DNA of 64,000 nt from positions 1,859 through 65,858 of the forward strand of contig LFSF01000038.1 of NCBI GenBank assembly GCA_001512665.1. The letters are read 5' to 3'. The position numbers and the translations under genes were made by a program. How positions within the stretch are numbered: the stretch's first letter is position 1; every line of letters begins with the position of its first letter. Below are positions 27,763 to 38,342 of this stretch, in pieces. Source of the stretch: Clostridiales bacterium DTU073 (lineage in GTDB: Bacteria > Bacillota > Peptococcia > DRI-13 > DTU073). The notes below the pieces were generated by a model that ran no database searches, was not told the DNA's origin, and saw only the letters and a list, made by a program, of their open reading frames with translations.

Positions 27763-27793
27763 AATAAAGAGAACACATAGTGTTCTCTTTATT
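27763..27793 (+). terminator. Hairpin terminator after tsf
   Basis: AATAAAGAGAACAC-ATA-GTGTTCTCTTTATT is a perfect 14-bp inverted repeat. The G+C core GAGAACAC/GTGTTCTC is followed by TTTATT. Confidence 0.7.
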
Positions 27794-27842
27794 AAAACGC
27801 AATTATAATAGTATTTAAGAAGGTTTTTATTTTCTGATGTAG

Positions 27843-28589
<747 letters not shown>

Positions 28590-28593
28590 AAGT

Positions 28594-29151
28594 ATGTTAA
28601 AAGATGTTTTAAATCAGGTCGAAGATAAAATGCAAAAAACTCTTGAGGTCTTACGTAAGGAATATTCATCAATGCGGGCAGGGAGAGCCAATCCGGCTAT
28701 TTTGGAAAAAATCAAAGTTGATTATTATGGAGCCTTGACTCCTTTAAATCAGCTCGCTAATATTTCGGCACCGGAACCTCGTCTTTTAACAGTACAACCT
28801 TGGGATAAAAGCCTTCTTTCCGATATAGAAAAAGCTATTCTTAAATCAGATCTAGGTTTAAATCCTACTAATGATGGCAATATTTTGCGTATAGCCATTC
28901 CGCAGTTAACTGAAGAAAGAAGACAGGAATTAGTTAAAGCGGCTAAAAAGAAAGCGGAAGAATCAAAAGTTGGCATCAGAAATATTCGTCGTGATGCTAA
29001 TGAGCGTATTAAAAAAATGGAGAAAAACAAAGAACTCACTGAAGATGATGCTAAAAAGCAGCAAGAAGAAATTCAAAAAATCACTGATAAATATATTAAA
29101 GAAGCTGATAATATATTTGCCATCAAGGAAAAGGAAATTATGGAAGTATAA
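28594..29151 (+). CDS. frr: Ribosome recycling factor
   Basis: 185 aa with the typical [21 protein letters not shown] and RNIRRDAN motifs. Confidence 0.97.
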   Translation: MLKDVLNQVEDKMQKTLEVLRKEYSSMRAGRANPAILEKIKVDYYGALTPLNQLANISAPEPRLLTVQPWDKSLLSDIEKAILKSDLGLNPTNDGNILRIAIPQLTEERRQELVKAAKKKAEESKVGIRNIRRDANERIKKMEKNKELTEDDAKKQQEEIQKITDKYIKEADNIFAIKEKEIMEV

Positions 29152-29166
29152 AGATAATTTTAATAC

Positions 29167-29196
29167 AACCCCCTCGAAGAGGTGATGAGGGGGTTT
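29167..29196 (+). terminator. Hairpin (weak terminator/attenuator) between frr and uppS
   Basis: AACCCCCTC, 11-nt loop, GAGGGGGTT. The downstream T-tract is poor (TTTCAACTT). Confidence 0.5.
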
Positions 29197-29222
29197 CAAC
29201 TTAAGGAGGATAATATATATTC

Positions 29223-29990
29223 ATGTTATCTTTTTTTAAAAGATTTTTTAAACAAAAACCCCTTATTACTAAACAGGATATTTTAAAAGTATCATTACCT
29301 CCACATATTGGCATAATAATGGATGGCAATGGGCGTTGGGCCAGGAGAAAGGGCTTGCCCAGAGCTGCCGGTCATAGAGCAGGAGCAGAAACATTACGAA
29401 CGGTTGTGGAAACATGTATTGATTTAGGTATTCCCTATTTAACGGTATATGCTTTTTCCACAGAGAATTGGAAAAGACCGGAAGAAGAAGTAAATGCATT
29501 GATGGAGCTTTTAGTAGAATATATAGATAAAGAGCTGTTCAAATTAAAGGAAAATGGGGTCAAAATTAAAACTATTGGTAATATTTCAGAACTACCTGCT
29601 CATGTTATCAGCCGGATTAATAATGCTGAATTAGAAACGGCTCAGAACGAAAGGCTTGTCTTACAAATAGCTTTAAATTACGGTGGGAGAAAAGAGATTC
29701 TGGATGCTGTTAAAAATATTTCCCAAAAAGTTGCTGCGGGCAATCTTCAACCGGATAATATAAATCTTCAAACATTTGAAGAGCATCTTTATACAGCAGG
29801 GGTGCCTGACCCGGACTTATTTATTCGTACTGCCGGTGAACTACGACTTAGTAATTTTCTCTTGTGGCAATCGGCCTATACTGAATTATGGTTTACAGAA
29901 GTGTTTTGGCCGGATTTTCAGCCAGAACACTTATATCAAGCTATTTATGATTTTCAGAAGCGACAGCGTCGTTTTGGTGGACTAAAATGA
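29223..29990 (+). CDS. uppS: Undecaprenyl diphosphate synthase
   Basis: HIGIIMDGNGRWA and FSTENWKRP motifs. Confidence 0.97.
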   Translation: MLSFFKRFFKQKPLITKQDILKVSLPPHIGIIMDGNGRWARRKGLPRAAGHRAGAETLRTVVETCIDLGIPYLTVYAFSTENWKRPEEEVNALMELLVEYIDKELFKLKENGVKIKTIGNISELPAHVISRINNAELETAQNERLVLQIALNYGGRKEILDAVKNISQKVAAGNLQPDNINLQTFEEHLYTAGVPDPDLFIRTAGELRLSNFLLWQSAYTELWFTEVFWPDFQPEHLYQAIYDFQKRQRRFGGLK

Positions 29991-30008
29991 TCAATCTTGT
30001 GAAAAAAG

Positions 30009-30812
30009 TTGGTGAGAATAATGCTCTCAAAAAGAATTATTAGTGCTCTAATTGGCATACCTTTTTTAATCTTCATTGTTTTTATAGGAGATGTTTATTT
30101 TGCTTTGGCAGTTTTTTTGCTGACTTTATTAGCACTCTTGGAGTTCAGAAATATTATTAATAATTCTCAATGTCAAGCTATAGCCTTGCTTTTATGGTTA
30201 AGTGCACTTTTAATACCGTTAGCTATTCTGTTAGAATATAATTATATATTATCTATTTTTATTATTTATCTTATCTTTAGTTGGAGTTATTATCTTGTTT
30301 ATTTTTCACGTTTTACACCGCTGGATCTATCATTAACTTTGTTAGGTGTAATTTATATATTTACGGGTTTTGTTCATTTGCTTTTGTTGCGTAATTTACC
30401 GGAAGGTTTTTGGTTAGTTATGTATGTTTTTGTTGTGGTATGGGGTACAGATACCGGTGCTTATTTTACGGGACTGACCATTGGCAAGCATAAGTTAGCC
30501 CCTTTAATCAGCCCTAAAAAAACTTGGGAAGGTTTTGTGGGAGGTCTGATTTTTGGCGTTTTTGCTGCATATATATATAGTATTTATGCACCTCTAACCG
30601 CTGGAAAAAGTTTATTATATATAGCCCCGTTTGTCTCACTTGCGGGACAGCTTGGAGATCTTTTTGCCAGTTCTTTAAAAAGATTTGGCAAGATTAAGGA
30701 TTCCGGTCAACTTATTCCCGGACATGGAGGGGTTTTGGATAGATTTGACAGTACCTTGTGGGCAGCACCTATTACATATTATTTTTTAATAATAATTGAA
30801 AGGTTGATGTGA
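30009..30812 (+). CDS. cdsA: Phosphatidate cytidylyltransferase (alternative ATG start 30021)
   Basis: C-terminal signature SSLKRFGKIKDSGQLIPGHGGVLDRFDS. Confidence 0.95.
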   Translation: MVRIMLSKRIISALIGIPFLIFIVFIGDVYFALAVFLLTLLALLEFRNIINNSQCQAIALLLWLSALLIPLAILLEYNYILSIFIIYLIFSWSYYLVYFSRFTPLDLSLTLLGVIYIFTGFVHLLLLRNLPEGFWLVMYVFVVVWGTDTGAYFTGLTIGKHKLAPLISPKKTWEGFVGGLIFGVFAAYIYSIYAPLTAGKSLLYIAPFVSLAGQLGDLFASSLKRFGKIKDSGQLIPGHGGVLDRFDSTLWAAPITYYFLIIIERLM

Positions 30813-30815
30813 TGG

Positions 30816-31910
30816 ATGAATCCGGAAATTGAACGTTATAGCAAAAAGCTAATAAAAATAGCTTTAATTCTGCTACTTTTGCTCACTGTGTATTTTGCGG
30901 TTGCTTACTTTATACCTATAACCCTAGATGTGTTTTCTCTTATTTTTACGGGCTTATTACCGTTTATTTTGGCAATTGTTGTAGCAATATTAATAGATCC
31001 TCTGGTAAATTGGCTGGAAAGTCGTAAAATAAAAAGAGGTTTTGCTGTATTAATTGCACTTATTTTAGTTACAGTATTAATTGCGTTAATTCTTTTTATT
31101 GTAATTTCGCGTCTGGTTATTGAACTTTCGGATCTTTATCAGCAGATACCTTTTTATACACAAAATATTTATAGCAATATCCTAGAGATTCTTGAGGTTG
31201 TCAGAAATTATCTTTCGACTAATCCTCTCCCTGCAGAGGCACAAAATGCGATTTCTAACAGCATGAATACGGTAATTGATAAATCAGCTAATATCATTTC
31301 TGTGGCAATAAATTTCTTTTTTGCACTAATCACAGGTTTGCCTGGTTTGTTTACAATTTTAATTATCTCTACTTTAGCCACATTCTTTATTAGCCGGGAT
31401 AAAGTTCGTTTGATTCAAGGCTTTTATAAATTAATTCCTCAGAAATATGTTTCTTCAACTAGTAAGATAATTAAACATTTAAGTAGTGTCTTAGTTGGAT
31501 TTTTCAGAGCAGAGCTCATCCTGATCAGTATTACTGCAGTCTTATCGATTATTGGCTTAAATATTTTAGGTGCAAAATACGCTTTTACAGTTGGTATGGT
31601 TGTCGGTTTATTGGATTTATTACCTATAGTTGGTCCGGGAGCTTTATATATTCCTTGGGCATTAATTGTAATAATTTTTGGCAATATTAAATTTGGTGTA
31701 GGGCTCTTAATTTTATATGCAATTGTTTCAGTTATTCGTCAATCAATCGAACCGAAAATCCTTTCGCAAAATATCGGTTTAAATCCTTTAGCGGTTTTAG
31801 TAGCGCTCTATTTGGGTTTGAGTTTCTTTGGAGTTGCAGGTATTATCATCGGTCCGGTTATATTTATTTTGATTAAAGCAATATACAATAGTAGGCATTT
31901 AGATTATTAG
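30816..31910 (+). CDS. AI-2E family (PerM/YtvI-like) integral membrane protein
   Basis: 364 aa with about 8 TM helices. The overall pattern (LPFILAIVVAILIDPLV...LLDLLPIVGPG...IEPKIL) resembles the AI-2E family / sporulation membrane protein YtvI. Confidence 0.75.
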   Translation: MNPEIERYSKKLIKIALILLLLLTVYFAVAYFIPITLDVFSLIFTGLLPFILAIVVAILIDPLVNWLESRKIKRGFAVLIALILVTVLIALILFIVISRLVIELSDLYQQIPFYTQNIYSNILEILEVVRNYLSTNPLPAEAQNAISNSMNTVIDKSANIISVAINFFFALITGLPGLFTILIISTLATFFISRDKVRLIQGFYKLIPQKYVSSTSKIIKHLSSVLVGFFRAELILISITAVLSIIGLNILGAKYAFTVGMVVGLLDLLPIVGPGALYIPWALIVIIFGNIKFGVGLLILYAIVSVIRQSIEPKILSQNIGLNPLAVLVALYLGLSFFGVAGIIIGPVIFILIKAIYNSRHLDY

Positions 31911-31939
31911 ATTATTTAAAGTCCTGGGAGGAAGAAATA

Positions 31940-33091
31940 GTGAAGAAAATCGTTATACTAGGGTCTACCGGTTCCATTGGGAGACAAGCTTTGGAAGTTG
32001 TGGATGCATTTCCTGAGATGTTTGAAATTATTGGTTTAGCTGCAGGCTCTAATGTTCAGCTTTTAGCAGAGCAGGTGCAAAAATATCAACCACGCTATGT
32101 TTCCATAGGTTCAAAAGAAGATGCCCTTGCACTTAAGTCTTTAATTAATAGTAAAACGGAGATTTTTTATGGTGAGCAAGGTTTAATAAATTTGGCCGGA
32201 ATAGAAGAATTAGATCTGATTTTAGTATCTGTTAGTGGTATCCATGGCCTGTTACCTACCTTAAAGGCCTTGGAGAATCAAACAACAGTAGCTTTGGCTA
32301 ATAAAGAAACAATTGTTACCGCCGGTTCTTTGGTTATGGAGAAAGCTAAAAAATTTGGTACAGCCATTATTCCTGTTGATAGTGAACATTCTGCTATTTT
32401 TCAGTGTTTAGAAAAAGAGAATCTTGCTGCGGTTGAGCAATTAATTTTAACGGCATCAGGAGGGCCTTTTTTTAAAGCAACTCGGGAGGAATTAGCTCAA
32501 GTTACACCGCAAATGGCTCTGAGTCATCCTAATTGGAAGATGGGAGCTAAGATTACTATTGATAGTGCCGGTTTAATTAATAAAGGATTAGAAATTATTG
32601 AGGCCCATTGGCTTTTTAATGTTCCTTATGAAAAAATAAAAGTTGTAATTCATCCACAGAGTGTTATTCATTCTATGGTACAATATAAAGATGGTTCTGT
32701 GTTGGCTCAGCTTGGTTGTCCTGATATGAAAATTCCCATTCAATATGCCTTTACTTATCCTCAGAGGCTTACTAATTTCTTTCCCAGATTAGATTTTTAT
32801 CAATTAGAGGAAATCACTTTTAGCAAACCTGATTTTACTAAATTTCCTGGTTTAGCCTTAGCTATTGAAGCCGGTAAGATTGGTGGTACGATGACTACTG
32901 TTTTTAATGGGGCTAACGAAGAAGCGGTTCTATTTTTTTTAAATGGCCGCATAAGATTTATTGATATACCTCAAATTATTGAAAAGGTAATGATTCAGCA
33001 TCAGGTTTTGGCAGATTATCAGGTTAGTGATATTCTGGAAATAGACCGCTGGGCCAGACAAAAAGCTCAAGAGCTTATGGCTAATTTATAA
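31940..33091 (+). CDS. dxr: 1-deoxy-D-xylulose 5-phosphate reductoisomerase (GTG start)
   Basis: KKIVILGSTGSIGRQAL NADPH motif, and LANKETIV and DSEHSAIFQC motifs. Confidence 0.97.
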   Translation: MKKIVILGSTGSIGRQALEVVDAFPEMFEIIGLAAGSNVQLLAEQVQKYQPRYVSIGSKEDALALKSLINSKTEIFYGEQGLINLAGIEELDLILVSVSGIHGLLPTLKALENQTTVALANKETIVTAGSLVMEKAKKFGTAIIPVDSEHSAIFQCLEKENLAAVEQLILTASGGPFFKATREELAQVTPQMALSHPNWKMGAKITIDSAGLINKGLEIIEAHWLFNVPYEKIKVVIHPQSVIHSMVQYKDGSVLAQLGCPDMKIPIQYAFTYPQRLTNFFPRLDFYQLEEITFSKPDFTKFPGLALAIEAGKIGGTMTTVFNGANEEAVLFFLNGRIRFIDIPQIIEKVMIQHQVLADYQVSDILEIDRWARQKAQELMANL

Positions 33092-33106
33092 AGGGGTGTA
33101 GTTTAT

Positions 33107-34153
33107 TTGCAAACATTTATTGTATCGTTAATTGTTTTTGGGATTATTATTTTTGTTCATGAATTTGGACATTTTATTTTAGCGAAACTTTCGGGAATTA
33201 GGGTAGAAGAATTCAGTTTAGGGATGGGACCACAAATTGTTGGTCATAAAAGAGGAGAAACGCTCTACAGTATAAGAGCGTTGCCTTTAGGTGGTTTTTG
33301 TAAGATGACCGGGGAAATGGGTGATGATCAAGATGCTCCACCTGATCCTAAGAGTTTTAATGAAAAATCACTTTTGTCTCGGATGTCGGTTATTGTTTCC
33401 GGTTCTTTGATGAATTTTTTACTTGGTGCTTTAATTTTTGCTTTAATGTTTTCTATTATCGGGATGCCCAAGGATTATACTAATCATATCGGTCAAGTTA
33501 TGGCTAATAGTGTAGCGGAAAAGGCCGGTATTAAAGCAAATGATGAAATTATTAGTATTAATGGTCAGCGTTTAAATAGTTGGAGTGAAATTACCGGTGT
33601 TATTCACAATAGTTCAGAAAAACAATTAGAAATTGAATTAAAGAGAGATAATAAGACGATCTTTGTTACTGTTACCCCTCAATATGATCCGGAGAGAGAA
33701 GTGGGAATTATTGGAATTACGCCTCGTGATGTAATCTGGGAGAGAATAAATATTCTGTCAGGGATTGCCAAAGGTTTTACGCAAACATATTTATTAACGG
33801 TAGAAATGATTCGTCAACTAGGCTTATTAATCACCGGACAAGTGTCTTCAGACGGGGTGGCAGGACCTGTAGGAATTATTCAGCTTATCGGTGAGTCGGC
33901 ACGTTTTGGTTGGATTAATGTGGCCAATTTAACCGCCCTAATCTCTATTAACTTAGGCTTGATTAATCTTCTGCCTATCCCCGCACTTGATGGAGGCCGG
34001 CTACTCTTTTTAATCATTGAAGCTATACGTGGTGGCAGAAAGGTAGAGCCGGAAAAAGAAAATTTAGTGCATTTTATTGGTTTTGCTTTATTGATGGGGT
34101 TAATGGTTTTTATAACTTATAAGGATATTATCCGGTGGTTAACCGGATTATAA
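33107..34153 (+). CDS. rseP: Site-2 RIP zinc metalloprotease RseP/RasP (TTG start)
   Basis: HEFGH zinc motif, a PDZ domain and NLLPIPALDGG motif. Confidence 0.95.
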   Translation: MQTFIVSLIVFGIIIFVHEFGHFILAKLSGIRVEEFSLGMGPQIVGHKRGETLYSIRALPLGGFCKMTGEMGDDQDAPPDPKSFNEKSLLSRMSVIVSGSLMNFLLGALIFALMFSIIGMPKDYTNHIGQVMANSVAEKAGIKANDEIISINGQRLNSWSEITGVIHNSSEKQLEIELKRDNKTIFVTVTPQYDPEREVGIIGITPRDVIWERINILSGIAKGFTQTYLLTVEMIRQLGLLITGQVSSDGVAGPVGIIQLIGESARFGWINVANLTALISINLGLINLLPIPALDGGRLLFLIIEAIRGGRKVEPEKENLVHFIGFALLMGLMVFITYKDIIRWLTGL

Positions 34154-34180
34154 TAAACTAAAAATGTGGATGGCTGAAAG

Positions 34181-35254
34181 ATGATGAAACGTAGAGTAAC
34201 AAAAAACTTTTTGCTTGGGTCAGTAGGATGTGGTCATTTATATCCGGTTTCTGTCCAATCTATGACTAATACACATACAGCAAATGTTGCAGCTACTATT
34301 GACCAGATTTTAAGACTAGCGGAAGCAGGTTGTGAAATTGTGCGTGTGGCTGTCCCTGATCGAGAAGCCGGGGAAGCCTTAAAAGAAATTGTATCTCTTT
34401 CTCCTTTGCCTATAGTTGCGGATATACACTTTGATTATCGGTTAGCCTTATTGGCTATAAAAAATGGAGTTCACGGTCTGCGTTTGAATCCGGGTAATAT
34501 TGGTGCAGAGTGGAAAGTAAAGGAAATTGTTAAAGCGGCTAAAGAGCGAAATATACCTATTCGGATTGGTGTCAACAGTGGGTCATTGGATAAAAAGTTT
34601 CTGGAGCAATATGGGAAACCTACAGCTTTAGCCATGGTTGAGAGCGCCTTAGAGCATATTAATATTCTGGAAAGCTTAAATTTTGATTTAATCAAGATAT
34701 CCTTAAAATCATCACAGGTTCCTTTAATGTTGGAAGCTTATCGAATGATTGCGGAAAAAACAGCTTATCCGCTGCATTTAGGGGTTACTGAGGCTGGTCT
34801 TTCAGAAAGAGCTATGATAAAATCTGCAATTGGTATAGGCACATTATTGGCTGAAGGAATCGGTGATACTATTCGTGTTTCGTTAACCGGTGATCCTTGT
34901 CAGGAAATTAAGGCTGCTAAGCATATCTTAAGCACTTTGGGATTAAGAGAAAATGGGGTAGAAATAATCTCATGTCCTACCTGTGGACGTTGTAAAATAG
35001 ATTTAGCTTCTTTAGCTACGGAAATAGAACAAAAATTAATAAATGTTAAAATACCTTTAAAGATAGCCGTAATGGGCTGTGCTGTTAATGGTCCGGGAGA
35101 AGCTCGAGAAGCTGATCTGGGTATTGCTGGAGGAGAAGAAGAAGGTCTTCTTTTCGTTAAAGGTAAAATCAAGAAAAAGTTACCGGAAAATCAATTAGTA
35201 CATGCTTTAATGGATGAAATAGACAAAATGATTAAAGAGAATGAGAATAAATAA
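34181..35254 (+). CDS. ispG: 4-hydroxy-3-methylbut-2-enyl diphosphate synthase
   Basis: VQSMTNT, RVAVPD and CPTCGRC plus GCAVNGPGE Fe-S motifs. Confidence 0.97.
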   Translation: MMKRRVTKNFLLGSVGCGHLYPVSVQSMTNTHTANVAATIDQILRLAEAGCEIVRVAVPDREAGEALKEIVSLSPLPIVADIHFDYRLALLAIKNGVHGLRLNPGNIGAEWKVKEIVKAAKERNIPIRIGVNSGSLDKKFLEQYGKPTALAMVESALEHINILESLNFDLIKISLKSSQVPLMLEAYRMIAEKTAYPLHLGVTEAGLSERAMIKSAIGIGTLLAEGIGDTIRVSLTGDPCQEIKAAKHILSTLGLRENGVEIISCPTCGRCKIDLASLATEIEQKLINVKIPLKIAVMGCAVNGPGEAREADLGIAGGEEEGLLFVKGKIKKKLPENQLVHALMDEIDKMIKENENK

Positions 35255-35275
35255 AGAAATTTAAGAGAAAGGGGT

Positions 35276-37000
35276 TTGCTTATGTATTTTAGTAATCTAT
35301 TTGCACCAACATTGCGAGAAGTTCCTGCAGAAGCTGAAATAGTAAGTCATCAATTATTATTAAGAGCTGGATTTATTCGCAAGTCTTCTTCAGGTGTATA
35401 TACATATTTACCTTTGGCCTGGCGGGTGCTTCAGAAAATTTCTGATATAGTCAGAGAAGAAATGAATAAGGCAGGTGGGCAGGAAATCTTAATGCCGATT
35501 ATACAACCGGCCGAGATCTGGTTAGAATCGGGGAGATGGCATGTCTATGGCGATGAATTATTTCGCCTCAAAGATAGACATGGGCGTGATTTTTGTTTAA
35601 GTCCTACTCATGAAGAATTGGTTACTGATTTGGTAAGGTCTAATGTTTCTTCTTATCGTCAGCTTCCTTTATATTTGTATCAAATTCAAAATAAGTATCG
35701 TGATGAACGGCGTCCTCGTTTTGGATTAATGAGGGGACGGGAATTTATTATGAAAGATTTGTATTCTTTTGATCGTGATGAAGAAGGTTTAAATCTTAGT
35801 TATAAAAAAATGTATGATGCTTATGGTGCAATTTTTAAACGATGTGGTTTGGATTTTCGCCCGGTAGAAGCTGATTCTGGAGCTATTGGGGGAAGCGTAA
35901 CTCATGAATTTATGGTTATTGCTGAATCCGGTGAAGCTCAGATTGTTTATTGTCCGGATTGTGATTATGCCGCTAATGTAGAAATTGCCGATTGTCTGCC
36001 CAGCAATCCTGATAATAAGAGAGAAGATACTATTAAAGCTAAAGAAAAAGTAGCAACTCCAAATCAAACGACGATAGATGAGGTTACTAATTATTTAAAT
36101 GTTTCAGCCGATAAGTTAATTAAAACGTTGTTCTATCAGGCTGACGAGGAAATTATTGTCGCTTTGGTTCGAGGCGACAGGATGATTAATGAGATAAAAC
36201 TACAAAAAATGCATCCTTCTCTTACTTTAGAGATGGCCAGTGCGGAAAAAATTAAAGAGATAACCGGCTCTGTTCCTGGTTTTGTCGGTCCGGTAGGTCT
36301 AAAGAAGATCAAAATCTATGCCGATGAAGAGATTAAGTCAATGGTTAATGCGGTATGCGGTGCTAATGAGGAAGGTTTTCATTTAATTAATGTTCAACCG
36401 AATCGTGATTTTGAAGTATTTGCTTATGGCGATATTCGGATGATTGAAGAAGGTGAAGCATGTCCACGTTGTCAAGCAAAATTAAAAATGGCTCGGGGCA
36501 TAGAAGTCGGCCAAGTTTTTAAACTGGGTACAAAATATAGTGAGGCACTTGGTGCGAAGTTTAGTGATGAACAAGGCAAAGAGCAACTTATGGTGATGGG
36601 GTGTTACGGTATTGGGATAAGTCGCACCATGGCTGCGGCAGTAGAACAGAATTATGATGCAGATGGAATTATTTGGCCCATTTCTATTGCGCCTTATCAT
36701 GTGGTGATTGTTCCTGTGTCTGCCAAAGATGATTTTCTTTGGGAGAAATCTTTAGAAATATACAAAGAGCTTCAGGAAAAAGGAATAGAAGTTGTTCTGG
36801 ATGACCGTGATGAAAGAGCCGGAGTCAAATTCAAGGATGCAGATTTAATAGGTTATCCGATTAGGTTGACTGTTGGTAAAAAACTTAAAGAAGAAGGGAA
36901 AATAGAACTTAAATTACGTTGGGATAAAGAGGCAAAATTTATAGACTTACAAGATATAGCCAAAGTAGTAATGGACATAATAGCAAGTGGAATGAATTAG
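35276..37000 (+). CDS. proS: Prolyl-tRNA synthetase, bacterial type with INS editing domain (likely start ATG 35282)
   Basis: [28 protein letters not shown]-terminus and class II motifs. 574 aa. Confidence 0.97.
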   Translation: MLMYFSNLFAPTLREVPAEAEIVSHQLLLRAGFIRKSSSGVYTYLPLAWRVLQKISDIVREEMNKAGGQEILMPIIQPAEIWLESGRWHVYGDELFRLKDRHGRDFCLSPTHEELVTDLVRSNVSSYRQLPLYLYQIQNKYRDERRPRFGLMRGREFIMKDLYSFDRDEEGLNLSYKKMYDAYGAIFKRCGLDFRPVEADSGAIGGSVTHEFMVIAESGEAQIVYCPDCDYAANVEIADCLPSNPDNKREDTIKAKEKVATPNQTTIDEVTNYLNVSADKLIKTLFYQADEEIIVALVRGDRMINEIKLQKMHPSLTLEMASAEKIKEITGSVPGFVGPVGLKKIKIYADEEIKSMVNAVCGANEEGFHLINVQPNRDFEVFAYGDIRMIEEGEACPRCQAKLKMARGIEVGQVFKLGTKYSEALGAKFSDEQGKEQLMVMGCYGIGISRTMAAAVEQNYDADGIIWPISIAPYHVVIVPVSAKDDFLWEKSLEIYKELQEKGIEVVLDDRDERAGVKFKDADLIGYPIRLTVGKKLKEEGKIELKLRWDKEAKFIDLQDIAKVVMDIIASGMN

Positions 37001-37021
37001 ATAACCTGGAGGTTTTCTTTA

Positions 37022-37654
37022 ATGAGTGTCACTGCTATCATTCCTGCATATAATGAAGAAAAATATATAAATAATGTACTTAAAGCATTAAAGGAAGTTG
37101 AAGAAATCACCCAAATAATCGTGGTAAGTGATGGTTCTACAGATAATACTGTCCAAAAAGCTTTAAGCTGGGATGTGCAGGTTATTGCTTTGACCAAAAA
37201 CATTGGTAAAGGCGGAGCTTTGACCGTAGGGCTTAAATATGCCTTAGAAGAAAATATTTTGTTTTTAGATGCTGATTTAATAGGTTTAACGAAACAACAT
37301 ATCGAAGTCTTAATCAGACCTGTACTTGAAGGACAGGTAGAAATGACTGTAGGGATTTTTGAGCATGGTCGTTTAGCTACAGATATGGCTCAATTTATTT
37401 CACCGTATTTGTCCGGTCAGCGCTGTCTAAAAAAGAAATGGTTGGAGCAAATAGATAATTTAGCAATTTCCGGATTTGGGGTTGAAATTGTCTTAAATCA
37501 TTTTGCTGAACAAAACAAATTACCAATTAAAATAGTACATCTTCCCAATATGTCTCATGTAATGAAAGAAGAAAAATTAGGTTTGGTTAGAGGATTTGCT
37601 TATAGAATGAAAATGTATTGGGAAATTGCGAAAAGTGTGCGCATGGGGGGGTAA
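37022..37654 (+). CDS. Small soluble family-2-like glycosyltransferase (GpgS-like pattern)
   Basis: AIIPAYNEE, VVSDGSTDNT, GKGGAL and FLDADL (DxD) motifs. 210 aa with no TM helix. Confidence 0.8.
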   Translation: MSVTAIIPAYNEEKYINNVLKALKEVEEITQIIVVSDGSTDNTVQKALSWDVQVIALTKNIGKGGALTVGLKYALEENILFLDADLIGLTKQHIEVLIRPVLEGQVEMTVGIFEHGRLATDMAQFISPYLSGQRCLKKKWLEQIDNLAISGFGVEIVLNHFAEQNKLPIKIVHLPNMSHVMKEEKLGLVRGFAYRMKMYWEIAKSVRMGG

Positions 37655-37657
37655 GAC

Positions 37658-38341
37658 ATGGCGTTTGAGCATGAATTAACTATTTTTTTTAGATTGTTTC
37701 TGGCAGCTTTTTTAGGTGGTTTGATCGGTTTACAAAGAGAAAGTGAGAATAAAGCAGCAGGTTTAAAAACGCATACATTAGTAGCTTTAGGTTCTTGTTT
37801 AATTATGTTGACTTCAATTGAAATATTTGAAACAGTAGGAAGAGGTTTTATTGGTGATCCGGCTCGAATTGCGGCACAAGTTGTTAGCGGTATAGGTTTT
37901 CTAGGTGCAGGAACGATTTTAAGGTCAGGTTTTGGCGTAAAAGGGTTAACTACTGCGGCTTCTTTATGGTTAGTTGCTGCGATCGGATTGGCTGTAGGAA
38001 TTGGTAGCTATTTTGCTTCGATTGTGGCAACAGCAATAATTTTTGTCATTCTTTTGGCATTGCCACGTTTCGGTGAAAAGGTGAAATTTTCACATAGTCA
38101 TATAAAAACAATTGAAATTGTGATTGCAGATGAACCGGGCCAGTTAGGTAAAATATCGTCGGTTTTAGGAGAAATGAATATCGATATACGAAAAGTTGAA
38201 ATGGTAGAATCAAATGATCATGTGATTAAATTTATCTTCTCAGTTTTATTTCCTCATCATACCAAAGAGGAGGAGATTGAAGAAAGGCTTTGTGCAATAA
38301 ATGGTATTAAACAGATAAACTTCTCTAAAGCGGAGGATTAA
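37658..38341 (+). CDS. MgtC/SapB family membrane protein with C-terminal ACT-like domain
   Basis: RLFLAAFLGGLIGLQRE...GLKTHTLVALGSCL...AAQVVSGIGFLGAGTIL are MgtC signatures. Confidence 0.85.
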   Translation: MAFEHELTIFFRLFLAAFLGGLIGLQRESENKAAGLKTHTLVALGSCLIMLTSIEIFETVGRGFIGDPARIAAQVVSGIGFLGAGTILRSGFGVKGLTTAASLWLVAAIGLAVGIGSYFASIVATAIIFVILLALPRFGEKVKFSHSHIKTIEIVIADEPGQLGKISSVLGEMNIDIRKVEMVESNDHVIKFIFSVLFPHHTKEEEIEERLCAINGIKQINFSKAED

Positions 38342-38342
38342 T

